A stretch of DNA of 41,274 nt from Klebsormidium nitens (taxonomy: Eukaryota; Plantae; Klebsormidiophyceae), in assembly GCA_000708835.1 (NCBI GenBank), contig DF237652.1:1-41274 (forward strand), read 5' to 3'. Below the pieces are notes generated by a model. The model did no database searches. It was not told where the DNA came from and worked only from the letters and a program-made list of their open reading frames with translations. Both the position numbers and the translations under genes were made by a program. Below, piece after piece: positions 1-9,700 of the stretch. Numbering within the stretch: position 1 is the first letter of the stretch; every line of letters begins with the position of its first letter.

Positions 1-72
1 GAGTTGCGGAAGTCGAGATTCGAACCCACGACCCGTAGGTCGACGGAAAGTGACGTCAAGCTGACGTCACCC

Positions 73-83
73 CTCTGATACCA
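73..83 (-). promoter_or_regulatory. Primer-binding site (tRNA-iMet type) of an LTR retrotransposon
   Basis: Minus strand reads TGGTATCAGAG starting 1 nt after the LTR end (..GTCACA-C-TGGTATCAGAG). This is complementary to the 3' end of plant initiator Met tRNA. Confidence 0.75.
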
Positions 84-84
84 G

Positions 85-575
85 TGTGACGGTCCGAAGC
101 ACTACCACTGTGCTACGGCAGCCAAAAAGGACGCGCGTTGATATTCCGGCTGTTTTCACCGTATTATTTATACTAGTTAGGTAAATGTGCGCCTCTAGGC
201 TTGCTCAAGGCCTAGAGCGTCACACTCATTGGTCATTCCATGATACACTATGTCATGATGCAAGCTTGACCACAGATTTTATACTTAAGCTGATCTCGCA
301 TCTGGAAGCTTCGCATAAGAATCTGAGTCCACGGTAAGAAGTGTTAGTCTAGAAGTTTCGGTGCTCGGCCGGCCATAAGCTTAGTCTCGAAAGCTTATCG
401 GACGGTTCCCTCGTACGCGGTGCACGTGGGTCTTATCGGACGGTCACGCGGTGAAGCAGTAACCTGGACACGTGGCGTGTAGTGATTCAATAAGCCGATA
501 GCGTATAATAACGGACGATGCGCGGCCGCGAGTTCAGCGCGCAGCCGGGAGTCGGTGCGCAGTCGTACCGTTACA
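85..575 (-). mobile_element. 5' LTR (~491 bp) of an LTR retrotransposon whose body runs off the left edge of the window
   Basis: Minus strand starts TGTAACGGT (575) and ends ACCGTCACA (85): TG..CA termini with an 8/9 terminal inverted repeat, followed by the PBS. The left junction of the transposase homology falls exactly at 575/576. Confidence 0.7.
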
Positions 576-1535
576 TGAATTGACCACAAGGCCATCTGGG
601 ACTGAGACTGAGTGCATCGAGCACAGCGCTGCCACCCGATAAGCCATCTTGTCACCCTGCAGCTCCCAGTCCTCCGGAAGCTTTCTTGCTGCCCCCGTAC
701 TCCGGCGCCATGTCCACCCCAAGTGCTTCCTAGCAAATTTCTGCGCAAACCTCTTCCGAACTGCAAACTTCACTGGCTCCCCATTCTTGTCCCGGCCCAC
801 AACTTTCTCAAAGAGCTCCAGAGCATCCGCCGTTATCACCCCTTTCATCACGCTCTTGATGACGTTGCTGTCGACCTGCTGGCCAGCGTCGCGCAGCCCT
901 AGCAAACACCGGATGATTTTCTGCGCAACTTGAGGATGATCCTTGAAAATGCCTCTGAAGTGGGCATTGTTCACCCGCAACTGAGCTGCTCTTCCGGCCT
1001 CTATGAGCTTGGCCTTCTCCTGCACCTCCTTCTTCAGCTTCCAACACCAACCTGTCTGCTCCCCCCTCTCATACCAGTTCTTCAAGGTGCTCAAAGTCAA
1101 CTGATCAAATGGACTCGCTGAGTGGCCGGGCTTTTTGATGTGCTGCAGATAGTTCAGGGCTTCAGTGAGCGATCGTGGGTGCGTCTCGACTGCGTGGACA
1201 ATGTGGGGCCAGAGATCAGAGGAGCCCCACTTGTTGTAAGCACCCCTGAGCTTCTTTGCTTGCGGCTGCTCATCTGGTGGTCTCACTGGCCCAGTCTCAA
1301 CCTCCGGGCCAATGTCAACTGGATTCATGAGCACCACTGCTTGAGCTCTCTTTTTTGGCCTCCCTACAGGCCTTTTGGCCTTTTGAGCTGCCAAGCGCCT
1401 TTCTTCATCTCTCGCCAACTTGGCAGCCTCCTCTGCCTTTTTGGCTGCCCATTCAGCTTCTCCCCTTTTCTTCTGCTGTTCAAGCTCTTCCGCAGTAGCC
1501 TTCTTAAAGAACGATGTTATCAACAGAGACGCCAT
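576..1535 (-). pseudogene. pogo/Tc5-like (IS630-Tc1-mariner superfamily) transposase, N-terminal part, interrupted by the LTR element
   Basis: The ORF has an AT-hook-like KRPVGRPKK and an HTH/CENP-B-like region (LGLRDAGQQVD..FARKHLGWTWRRSTGAARKLPEDW). It ends at LVVNS, where pogo-type enzymes continue with D-Q/E-T-G. The last 13 residues of the tracked ORF (534-575) are LTR read-through. Confidence 0.7.
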
Positions 1536-1614
1536 GAATCCATCAAGCGCTCTCCTCTCTCTGACTTTGCCTCAATCTGCTCACCGCCAACAGACCAAGG
1601 CACTGCCAGCACTG

Positions 1615-1848
1615 NNNNNNNNNNNNNNNNNNNNNNNNNNNNNNNNNNNNNNNNNNNNNNNNNNNNNNNNNNNNNNNNNNNNNNNNNNNNNNNNNNNNNN
1701 NNNNNNNNNNNNNNNNNNNNNNNNNNNNNNNNNNNNNNNNNNNNNNNNNNNNNNNNNNNNNNNNNNNNNNNNNNNNNNNNNNNNNNNNNNNNNNNNNNNN
1801 NNNNNNNNNNNNNNNNNNNNNNNNNNNNNNNNNNNNNNNNNNNNNNNN
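1615..1848. other. Assembly gap (234 N)
   Basis: Run of n characters. Confidence 1.
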
Positions 1849-3399
1849 GGGCCGAGCGGCGGCCGGCCGGGGGCCGCGCGCAGGCTGCACGCGGCGGGCC
1901 CGCGGCCGCTATGGTTGAGCGGCCGCGCTGCCCGGCCACGCGCGAACTGCGAACTGCTAAAATTCCAAATATTCTAAGATTTTCAAGTGCGAAAACGCGA
2001 AAAGTGCAAAATATTTGTGAGACGGCCAGTGCGAAAATGCAAAACGAACGAAATTAAATATTTGGAGGAGGCAGGTGCTAAATGAGCGTGCGCGTACGGT
2101 AGTGTTGCAACCCGCAATGCGTACCTAAACTTAGGTGAGTACGGTTTACGTTACCTTTTCGCGTCACGAGCACCTTGTGCTTCGAAATCCGGATCCTGCA
2201 TGGCGTCCTTTCCGGATCTCGAGTCTTGGCTCATGACTGGTACTTACTATCAGGCCTGAACGTACTGTGATCGGCAGAGCACCATTGTCGTACGGTATCC
2301 CGCATTGTGGTACCGGTACCTAAGTAGTAAGAGCCTTGTCTCCCTATCAAGGGTCAGGGTTCCCGGTTTACCGACAAGTTGTTTAACCGTATATGGTGAC
2401 TGCTCTGATTCTTGCTCAAGTTGGTCCAGACTCTAGAATGCCCCCAGATTTCATCACGCTAACCCGGAGTTGAGGTGCGATTCCTCGGCGGTACCAGACG
2501 CACGCGGTCTGTCTGACAGGCCGGACGGACTGTACGGACTTTGTCAGAATCCAACTAACAATTTCCCACGTGACCCAATCCGAAGCAAGCGACAAAGCAA
2601 GTGGGTTGCCGCCGACTTGCCGGCGGGGCTTCGCATTAGCTGAAAATACGGTCCCGCAGTCGGAGGTCCACTGCCGAGCTTACTGTACGTACACTGTACA
2701 GAGCACGTGTACATCAGTACCTACAGTAGTACAGTACGGTCGTCGGTTAGTTCCGGCTACCCCATGTACGGCAATACGCCATCCGTTTCCTCTCCCCATA
2801 ATTTTGACTGACGGAGGCGACTCAGCTGAGTGGACACATTTGTAAGTACGCGTGGTGCACGTGGCTGCTCTCGAGAGCTGTCTGGGCCGGGATAGGTATA
2901 CTACAGTGAATACACCTGTGAATCTTCTGACATACCTACTGTGTCATATGTCAGACTTTATCATCCAGCTGCGAGAATCTGCCAGCGGCCAGTAGGTAGC
3001 GACGTCCGCCGACCAGACTCTAGAGTCTAGACAAACCAGAGTCTATGCTGTCGATCACGTTACCTACTTTTCTGCTAGGTAATACAGCTTGTAACGGTTC
3101 GCAGCTAGCTATATAGGTAGTATATACCTGGTGATGATCATGAGATCATCCCTCATTATTGGGTCATTGCCGATAGTGGGTGATGACATTATTATGGCGC
3201 CACGTCGTCCGGCCACCGACGACGTGCAACCATTGGAGGATCCTCCCGTCGCCTATCCCTTGGTGGAGGGCCCCCATATTTTGGGCAGATACAAAAGCTG
3301 GTACTCTTTGTCATTCTCCCTGATTTAAAATCTAGATCCCGATTCTAGATCCTCGACGGCATCCCTTGAATCCACATCATTGCCGAGTTGACACTGTGT

Positions 3400-3687
3400 C
3401 TAAGTATCATCTTGTCTCGAACGCTCCGTCTCCTCTCCATTTTCTGCCACGTCACCCTCGTCCCCGCTCCTAGTTCCTAACTTCTTCTGGGCACCTTTCT
3501 CTCCTTCAAGAGTCTCCTCATACTCTCGCAGCAGTTTTCGGAACCCCCAGTTTGGATTGATGGTCGGACGCACCTTTCTGACATGCTCCTCCGCTTCTTT
3601 CAACGATAAGCCGCGGTGCTTCATCAGATACGCTATGCACAGCGTGGGGCTTCGTGACACCCCAGCCCAGCAGTGCACGTACACCTG
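3400..3687 (-). CDS. Dual-specificity protein phosphatase, C-terminal exon (upstream exons not identified; possibly a gene fragment)
   Basis: VYVHCWAGVSRSPTLCIAYLMKHRGLSLKEAEEHVRKVRPTINPNWGFRKLL contains the HCxxGxSRS active site plus the AYLM and I-x-PN-x-GF DSP motifs. A CAG acceptor directly precedes the Val codon; stop at 3400-3402. Confidence 0.75.
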   Translation of the reverse strand, partial: QVYVHCWAGVSRSPTLCIAYLMKHRGLSLKEAEEHVRKVRPTINPNWGFRKLLREYEETLEGEKGAQKKLGTRSGDEGDVAENGEETERSRQDDT

Positions 3688-4702
3688 CCGCTGGCCTGCA
3701 TCGTTTGCTGATTCAGGGTCAGAAAGCCGGAATCTAAACTCATACCAAACTGTCTTTCGCAAACAGGGCGTCGAGGAGACCCTTCCCTCCTCAGGCAAGA
3801 AGATACCACCCTATGAAACGAGTTTGGTCAATGAGCTCGGAGAAAATTTACACCCGGGGCGCATGGGTTTGCGGCAAGGGGGGAGAGAAAGCGAAGCTGG
3901 TGGGCGTTTCGCCAAAGCAGGGTCTGCCGGGGAGGGGGGATTACCAGACCACCGGGCAAAGGGGTACGGCTGTGTCGGGCATAAAATGACGCTAAGGTTC
4001 TGGCCGGGGATAACACTAGGGGCAGGGGCAGGAACGTGACGGTGACGTGACGGAAAGAGCGGCGGCTAAGCGCTGAGGGTTTTCTCGGTGGTCCTTCCAC
4101 AAGAGGCGGACTTACGTCAGCAGGCTGAGGGCCAAGGGATAGAGCGCGGGAAAGTGCGAAGGAGGGCCTAGCTGGAGGGCCTGTCCGAACGACGGGCCCA
4201 CGGCGAAGGTAAGCGTTTGCGGATGCGCAAAAACCGGGATGGTGATGGGGGTCGCGAAAGCGGAGGATCTGATGAGTGACGGAACCCCGGGCAAGGAGAG
4301 GCTGCCCTGTCTGTTTTCACACCGAGAGGTGTTTCCAGCCTGTTGGGGGCAAAGGGCAAGAAACAGGAGACGGGCGCGAGAGCTGAGTTTAGGACCCCCA
4401 GAAAGCAAGAACGAAACATTCGATGGTCGAGTCGTGCTCGTCAGCCGGAGGCGTCTTCGACAAGTCCGACATCAACACTGTTCTCCGGAAAGAAAGAACA
4501 TCATGCAAGCGCTTCACAGCCAGGACTTGAAAAATTGAAACTTCAACCTGTCACGATGACGTTCGCAGAGCTCTTGGTCTTATACCACTTAACCGTTGCG
4601 ACGGGCCAGAAATCCGATGATCAGTGGATCTGGGCTGGAGACGTCCACGTGGAAGAAGGGGCGGTGCAAAGCGCTCAGGGGCTGTCCGGAGGACGGGCCA
4701 TC

Positions 4703-4756
4703 GAAGAGAGGGGTTAGCGTTTAGCGAAGAGGGGGTTAGCGAAGAGGGGGGTTAGC
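4703..4756. repeat. Three copies of GAAGAG(A/G)GGG(G)TTAGC
   Basis: Copies at about 4703, 4726 and 4741. Confidence 0.8.
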
Positions 4757-6016
4757 GTTTGCGGGCCCACAATTTTACTGCAGCCTTCTGAAGGCCGAGA
4801 TTTTTTTCCTCGGAAAACGGACGGCTCAAATTAAACAGGATCGATCAAGAATTAATACAAGAAGTCATGCCTAGGCAGAATCGGCTCCGTAGCTCCAGTC
4901 CACCTGACCCCAGAAGTGGTTCTCGACGAAGGTTAAGAAAGTGTTAAAGTTACCACAGGGGCCCCCTGTTCAAGTAACTTGAGTTCGAGTCATGCTGCTT
5001 CATAGACTTTCGTCTCTTGGATGCCTGTATTGCTGAGAGCGTGCTAGGACGTCCGTCCTGAAGCTGCTTGTACCAATCGAAGAGGCCATCTTGACCAAAG
5101 CTTTCGGCAAGCTGAATTGTGCTTAACCGTCTTGTGTTCAAATAGGGTCACGTGCTAGAACAGCGAAATGCAACAAGCCCTTGGTTTACATTGAATTGAA
5201 AGGGAGAGTTGTGAAGTCGCTTTTCTGCGCTAAAAGCTGATACTCTCCCTTCAAAGTAGGTTTAGGCAACCGTAATACCAGCCCAACAGACATGCTCACG
5301 TAAAACTGGCCCAAACGGTCGGCCGGACCGGGCCAGTCGATCAAGAAAAGGCGGCGATCATGAGGCGTGGTGCACTGAGGATTCGAATTTCGTACTTTCA
5401 CGTCAAACAATTTATCATGTGCATGCTGCACGATCCTGCAGTTATATGGTTCCGGCCTCATATTTTCAAGAAGGTCATTGAGCAATTGGGGAGACAGGCG
5501 AGATGCCTGAATATATGCAGCGCATACACCTAGCTGCCTCAATCATAGCGCGCGCGGCCCGCGTAGGCACCGTCGGATCGTCTGCTGCGGCGGTCGTCGC
5601 TTGTATGCAGCTGAAGCACTATTTATTTAGTCACTAGGTGCCTGCATGGCAGCTACGGGCCGTGTTGCAACTCGCAATACGTGCGCACAACACCAGGTGC
5701 GATCTTGTGTGGCTTGCTTTAGGTCAGTTTCTTTTTCGGATGTATATAGCTAGAACATGCATTGAATGATACGTACGTAACAAGCTAAGGCTAAGTTCGC
5801 TCCATGATCGAATTAAAGATGCTAACATCAATCTGATGAGCTCCGCAAGGCTCGAGACCATATCGGAGGTGGCACCATGGACGTCTAATCTTTCGCAACG
5901 TGCAAGTCACGTATAAGATTGCATGCAGATGTCTTTTAAAGTATCATTTGCAATGGCACTAGTGTATGAGTCAGTACATACACGGTCAAATTAACGAAAT
6001 TTCCCATCGGGTAAGA

Positions 6017-6073
6017 ATACTAGAACCATTCTGGTCGAAATGAGGTATACTAGAACCATTCTGGTCGAAATGA
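6017..6073. repeat. Perfect 27-bp direct repeat, 30-bp period
   Basis: ATACTAGAACCATTCTGGTCGAAATGA at 6017-6043 and 6047-6073. Confidence 0.9.
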
Positions 6074-6744
6074 ATGGTCATGTTGATTGACAATCATGGA
6101 GGGCAGCCCTGCGACTCAGGTCCGGTACCGTAGTTCCAGGCCATGTCGGATGGGAGGCTGCCACCATCCGATCTTAGACATGATGGGCGGCCTTCTCATC
6201 CAGAAATAAACCTGGCTTGGGGATTGATTAACTGCATAACTTCCCTGGCTGGTCACCGGGTCTTCTGAACCTTTAGTATGACAATTCTTATTGACTTTTA
6301 ACCAAAGGTACAACCCAGAATGCTGAGCACGTTGAAATCGACGTACTGCCATCTTAGTAGCATATCATACATCATAAGGATCGGGCCCTCGTAGTAAAGC
6401 ACAAGCAGCCACTTTCAGTCTAACCACTCTGGCCGCCCGCCTCCTGCTCAGTGACAATCAAAATGTTGAAGAGCTGTCAAAGTAGCCGCTTGCTCCTCTG
6501 CTAGTTACTCAGAAGGCTCTCAACTAAGGGACGCCCTCGCGATCTCTTTGCTCATGGTTAACCTAAGTTACCTTACGTTGCGGTCTCAGTACGCAGTGCC
6601 CTATATCTAGGGTGCGCGTCACCTGTTCCTCTTTAAGACAAGTCAATACGTTTATTTACAAACATTTAACGACTTTTCTCAGGGTCTACACATGATCCAA
6701 AACACCTTCTCGGTTCCAGGGCACATATTACCATCACTCGAAGC

Positions 6745-9700
6745 CTAACGTCCTTCAAGACTTGAAAGCAGATCCTCCGTGCTGATTGCATCAATCACCT
6801 GAGAGAGAAGGAAAACATATATCAATCGTTACGGCTCCAGCATATAATTCAAAACTTTTTTCAAAGCACTTTGCCAAACACGTCACATCCGTGAAACAAC
6901 CAGAAAGTGGAACTGGTCCATATGATACACAAAATGCTTTCAAAAGAAGCAGATTCACATGTCAAGCAAGCACCTCTGCCAAGCTGTTCAAAAGCTTAGA
7001 TTAGATGAACCCAACGCTTACCTTTACAACAAAGCGTGCACGAGTCGACTTGCCAACAGCCTCAACCAGCATGAAACACAGTTCTCTTCCCTCGGTGCAG
7101 AGGGTCTTGGCGAGTTGCGGGACGCCAGTCTCGCTCTCAAAATAGGCCTGCACAAGGACGGACGTATACCAACTCTGGAAACAGGTTTGGATGCTCTGAG
7201 CAACAGATTTTCGCTCTAAGCAACAAGAGAACGGAAAACGCACGTGCATCCATCCACGCTTCACACCGAACTCGCTTGGACTACTTCGTTCGGAACAGTT
7301 CCCTCGTAACACATGCATAATACCAACCAACTGAGTCCGACCAAGATACTGTTCAAGGAGACTTGAAGAAGGTCACACGAAACTCAGAAGACCACTGCTG
7401 CAACGAACTGTCTTTGTAAGGCTGCAGCGAGCCGCTTCACAAAATGCATTTAAGGAAACCACCCTGAGGCTTGTCCAGTGAGCGCAGACTTACACATTCA
7501 TCGGCAGTCGAACAACAAAGGCAACTGGAGATTTGGTGACCTCACCTCAACCAGAATGAGCTGTGCGCTCGATAACTTCGAAGAACAGAGGCAACCGGAG
7601 ATTGGTGACCTCACCTCAACCAAAAATGAGCTGTGCGCTCGACAGCTCCTCACAGCCAGAAGATAACTCCTCACGACCACCGGCTTCTGGTCGATACCAC
7701 CCTGAGGCTTGTTCATTGAATCTGATCTACTCAGTCAAAAGCAGTCGAAACGACGAAGATCAATTGGAGATTGGTGACCTTACCTCAACCAAAATGAGCT
7801 GTGCGCTCGACAGCTCCTCAACGGCCAGCGTCTTCCCTTCAGACACCCTCCAGGGCAAAACGGTGTACCCACGGAACGGTTCTGGGCGGCCCTTGTTGCT
7901 GTCTGACGCGATCTGTGATCTCAGCTCCGAAATGTGCCTCGCAGCACGGTCAAGGAGATCTTCCAGCTTCAACTGCAGACAAGGTAGAAAAGGAGATTGG
8001 TAAAGTAGCTAGACCCCTTAAAAAAGGTTCAAATTGTCTATTGAGGATTCAAATTGTCTCTTGATGGTTCACATTGTCAACACGGAAGCGCTCCCTACGT
8101 GGCTATCAAAAAGAGAGAGACTGAGCGACTCAAAACAAGCTGAATTTCTTGGTTAGATTCGTTCAATACATAAGCAAGACGTGACCAGATCGAACTCGTA
8201 ATGGGGCATAAGAATCCCAAAAGCCGAACGTCCAAAGGATGGTATTTGTACAATGTTGTTCGACAGAACTTCTTTCTTGCAAAGAAAGCACGTGTCACAG
8301 CTGTTAACAAGTGGGCTTCTCAACCGCAAGACCTGGACGTACTGCAAAGCTTGGCTAGCGAGTCGAACGGTCGTATCGCTTGGGTTTGGAAGTGAGCACG
8401 TATCCGATTTGATGCAGAGTGTGAGCAGGGATGTGTGCCAAGCGAGGCGATGAGAGCACTCCTCGTCAAGTGACTACCTATTAAACTCAGATTTCTCAGG
8501 TCGAGCCCTCAAGCACACAAACACCATGACCCAACTTCAGTCTGGGACGTCCTTGCGGACACTGCTCGGAGGATCCACTGCAATCGCCAAAGCTTGACTT
8601 AACCTCCTTGTTCTGCAAAGTGCGATAAACCTAACGAGTGCCATCACACTCCCGAGCTTATCTTGCCAGCACCCTTCGTTTGCAATCTCTCCATAGCATC
8701 TCACCTGGGAAGTATTCGGAACCAGCGACCGCAAGTGTTCCAGATTTGAGTACCACGTCTGCCTCCCTTTTTCCCAGGGCCTCAGCGCAACCGGTTCGTT
8801 CTCGAAAATGGTCTCCATTTCCAATTGCCGCCGCGACGGCGTCGCCGGGTCATTGTTCCACGCCCTCCCAACCCTGCCTGCGTACGGGAATCCCGCCCCC
8901 CTAGTTCTCTCCGCCCCGCCATCCGATTCTCTGCTCGAGTGCGAGTGCGAGAGGAGGCTCCTTTCCCCGCCGCTCGAGTCGTCCTGCGCGCCCCGTTCCG
9001 CATGAGTACGGGGCGTGTAGATCTCCTCATAGCCGAACCCCCCCTCCGGCCGATCGCTCTGCCCCGGTTGTTGCACGGGGCTGTGCCGCTGTTGCCCGGT
9101 CTCATCCGCTGACGCCGGATTCCACGTAAACCGCACCTCTTGCGCCGCCGCCTCTCCTTTCAATGCGCATACCAACCCCTCGTGTTCAAGCAAAGGCATC
9201 CCACCACTCGTCTGGCGACCATGGCCGGGGGCCAACGGGAAGAACGGTCGCCGCTCTCGAGTCCGCTGCTCCAGTTGCTCCTGCAGCCGCAGGAAGCTCT
9301 CTTGGAGGCGGAACGCCTCCTCTCTTGAACCCCAATCCAGCGCCGTTTCGTCGCCACCCTGAAAATGTGCCGCTCCTGACCCACCCCTACTTTCACGGTA
9401 GTCCGTGGCCCCCGCGTTAAACATCCCGTCATCGAATCGGGTTTGGGTTTCCGACGGCGCGCCCTGCCAAGGACTCGCCCCCTGATTTCTCGACTCTAAC
9501 CGACCGAGAAGATCGTTCGCCCTTCTCGAAACGCCGGGGCTCGGACTCACCCCAAAGTCGCTTCCCTTCTGTTGCACATCAGCGACCGTCTCTGCTAATC
9601 TGGTCAGCGCGTCTCTCGGCCCACCAGAACCGTTAAGGCCCCGCAAGCTACCGTAAGATTCCTCCATAGGTTGCCCGTCGGATCCTGCGCGGCCCTGGAA

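Larger units (their letters stand above)
576..2099 (-). mobile_element. Left part of a pogo-like DNA transposon (5' TIR, GC-rich leader, transposase)
   Basis: Minus strand TA|CCGTACGCGCACGCTCATTTAGCACC at 2101-2074: a TA target followed by a CCGTA start, as seen in pogo/Tigger TIRs. It lies upstream of the transposase. The partner TIR is outside the window. Confidence 0.5.

Noticed and set aside
1-45. tRNA gene
   Set aside because: Only a T-loop-like motif; no acceptor, D or anticodon arms can be built, and it lies inside a retroelement leader.
85-224. Short 140-bp LTR (TGTGAC..GTCACA)
   Set aside because: The longer 85-575 boundary has a better terminal repeat and coincides with the transposase breakpoint.
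1122-2057. ORFs 1122-2057, 1420-1977, 1520-1939, 1543-1890
   Set aside because: Antisense shadows of the transposase, or artefacts of translating through the N gap.
3090-3393. Solo LTR starting TGTAACGGTT
   Set aside because: No matching TSD (CAGCT versus CTGTG) and no terminal inverted repeat. The 2100-3390 region may be TE-derived but I cannot delimit it.
4950-5542. Two minus-strand ORFs as a degraded gene
   Set aside because: No recognisable domain or splice structure.
7526-7821. CRISPR-like array (also considered for 20984-21445 and 25548-25750)
   Set aside because: Eukaryotic context, no cas genes, irregular spacing, and the repeats are copies of exon-intron junctions.
8300-8365. ASQALQYVQVLR as bHLH helix 2
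   Set aside because: No convincing in-phase acceptor nearby; the exon at 7972-7784 gives a much better LHW-type helix 2.
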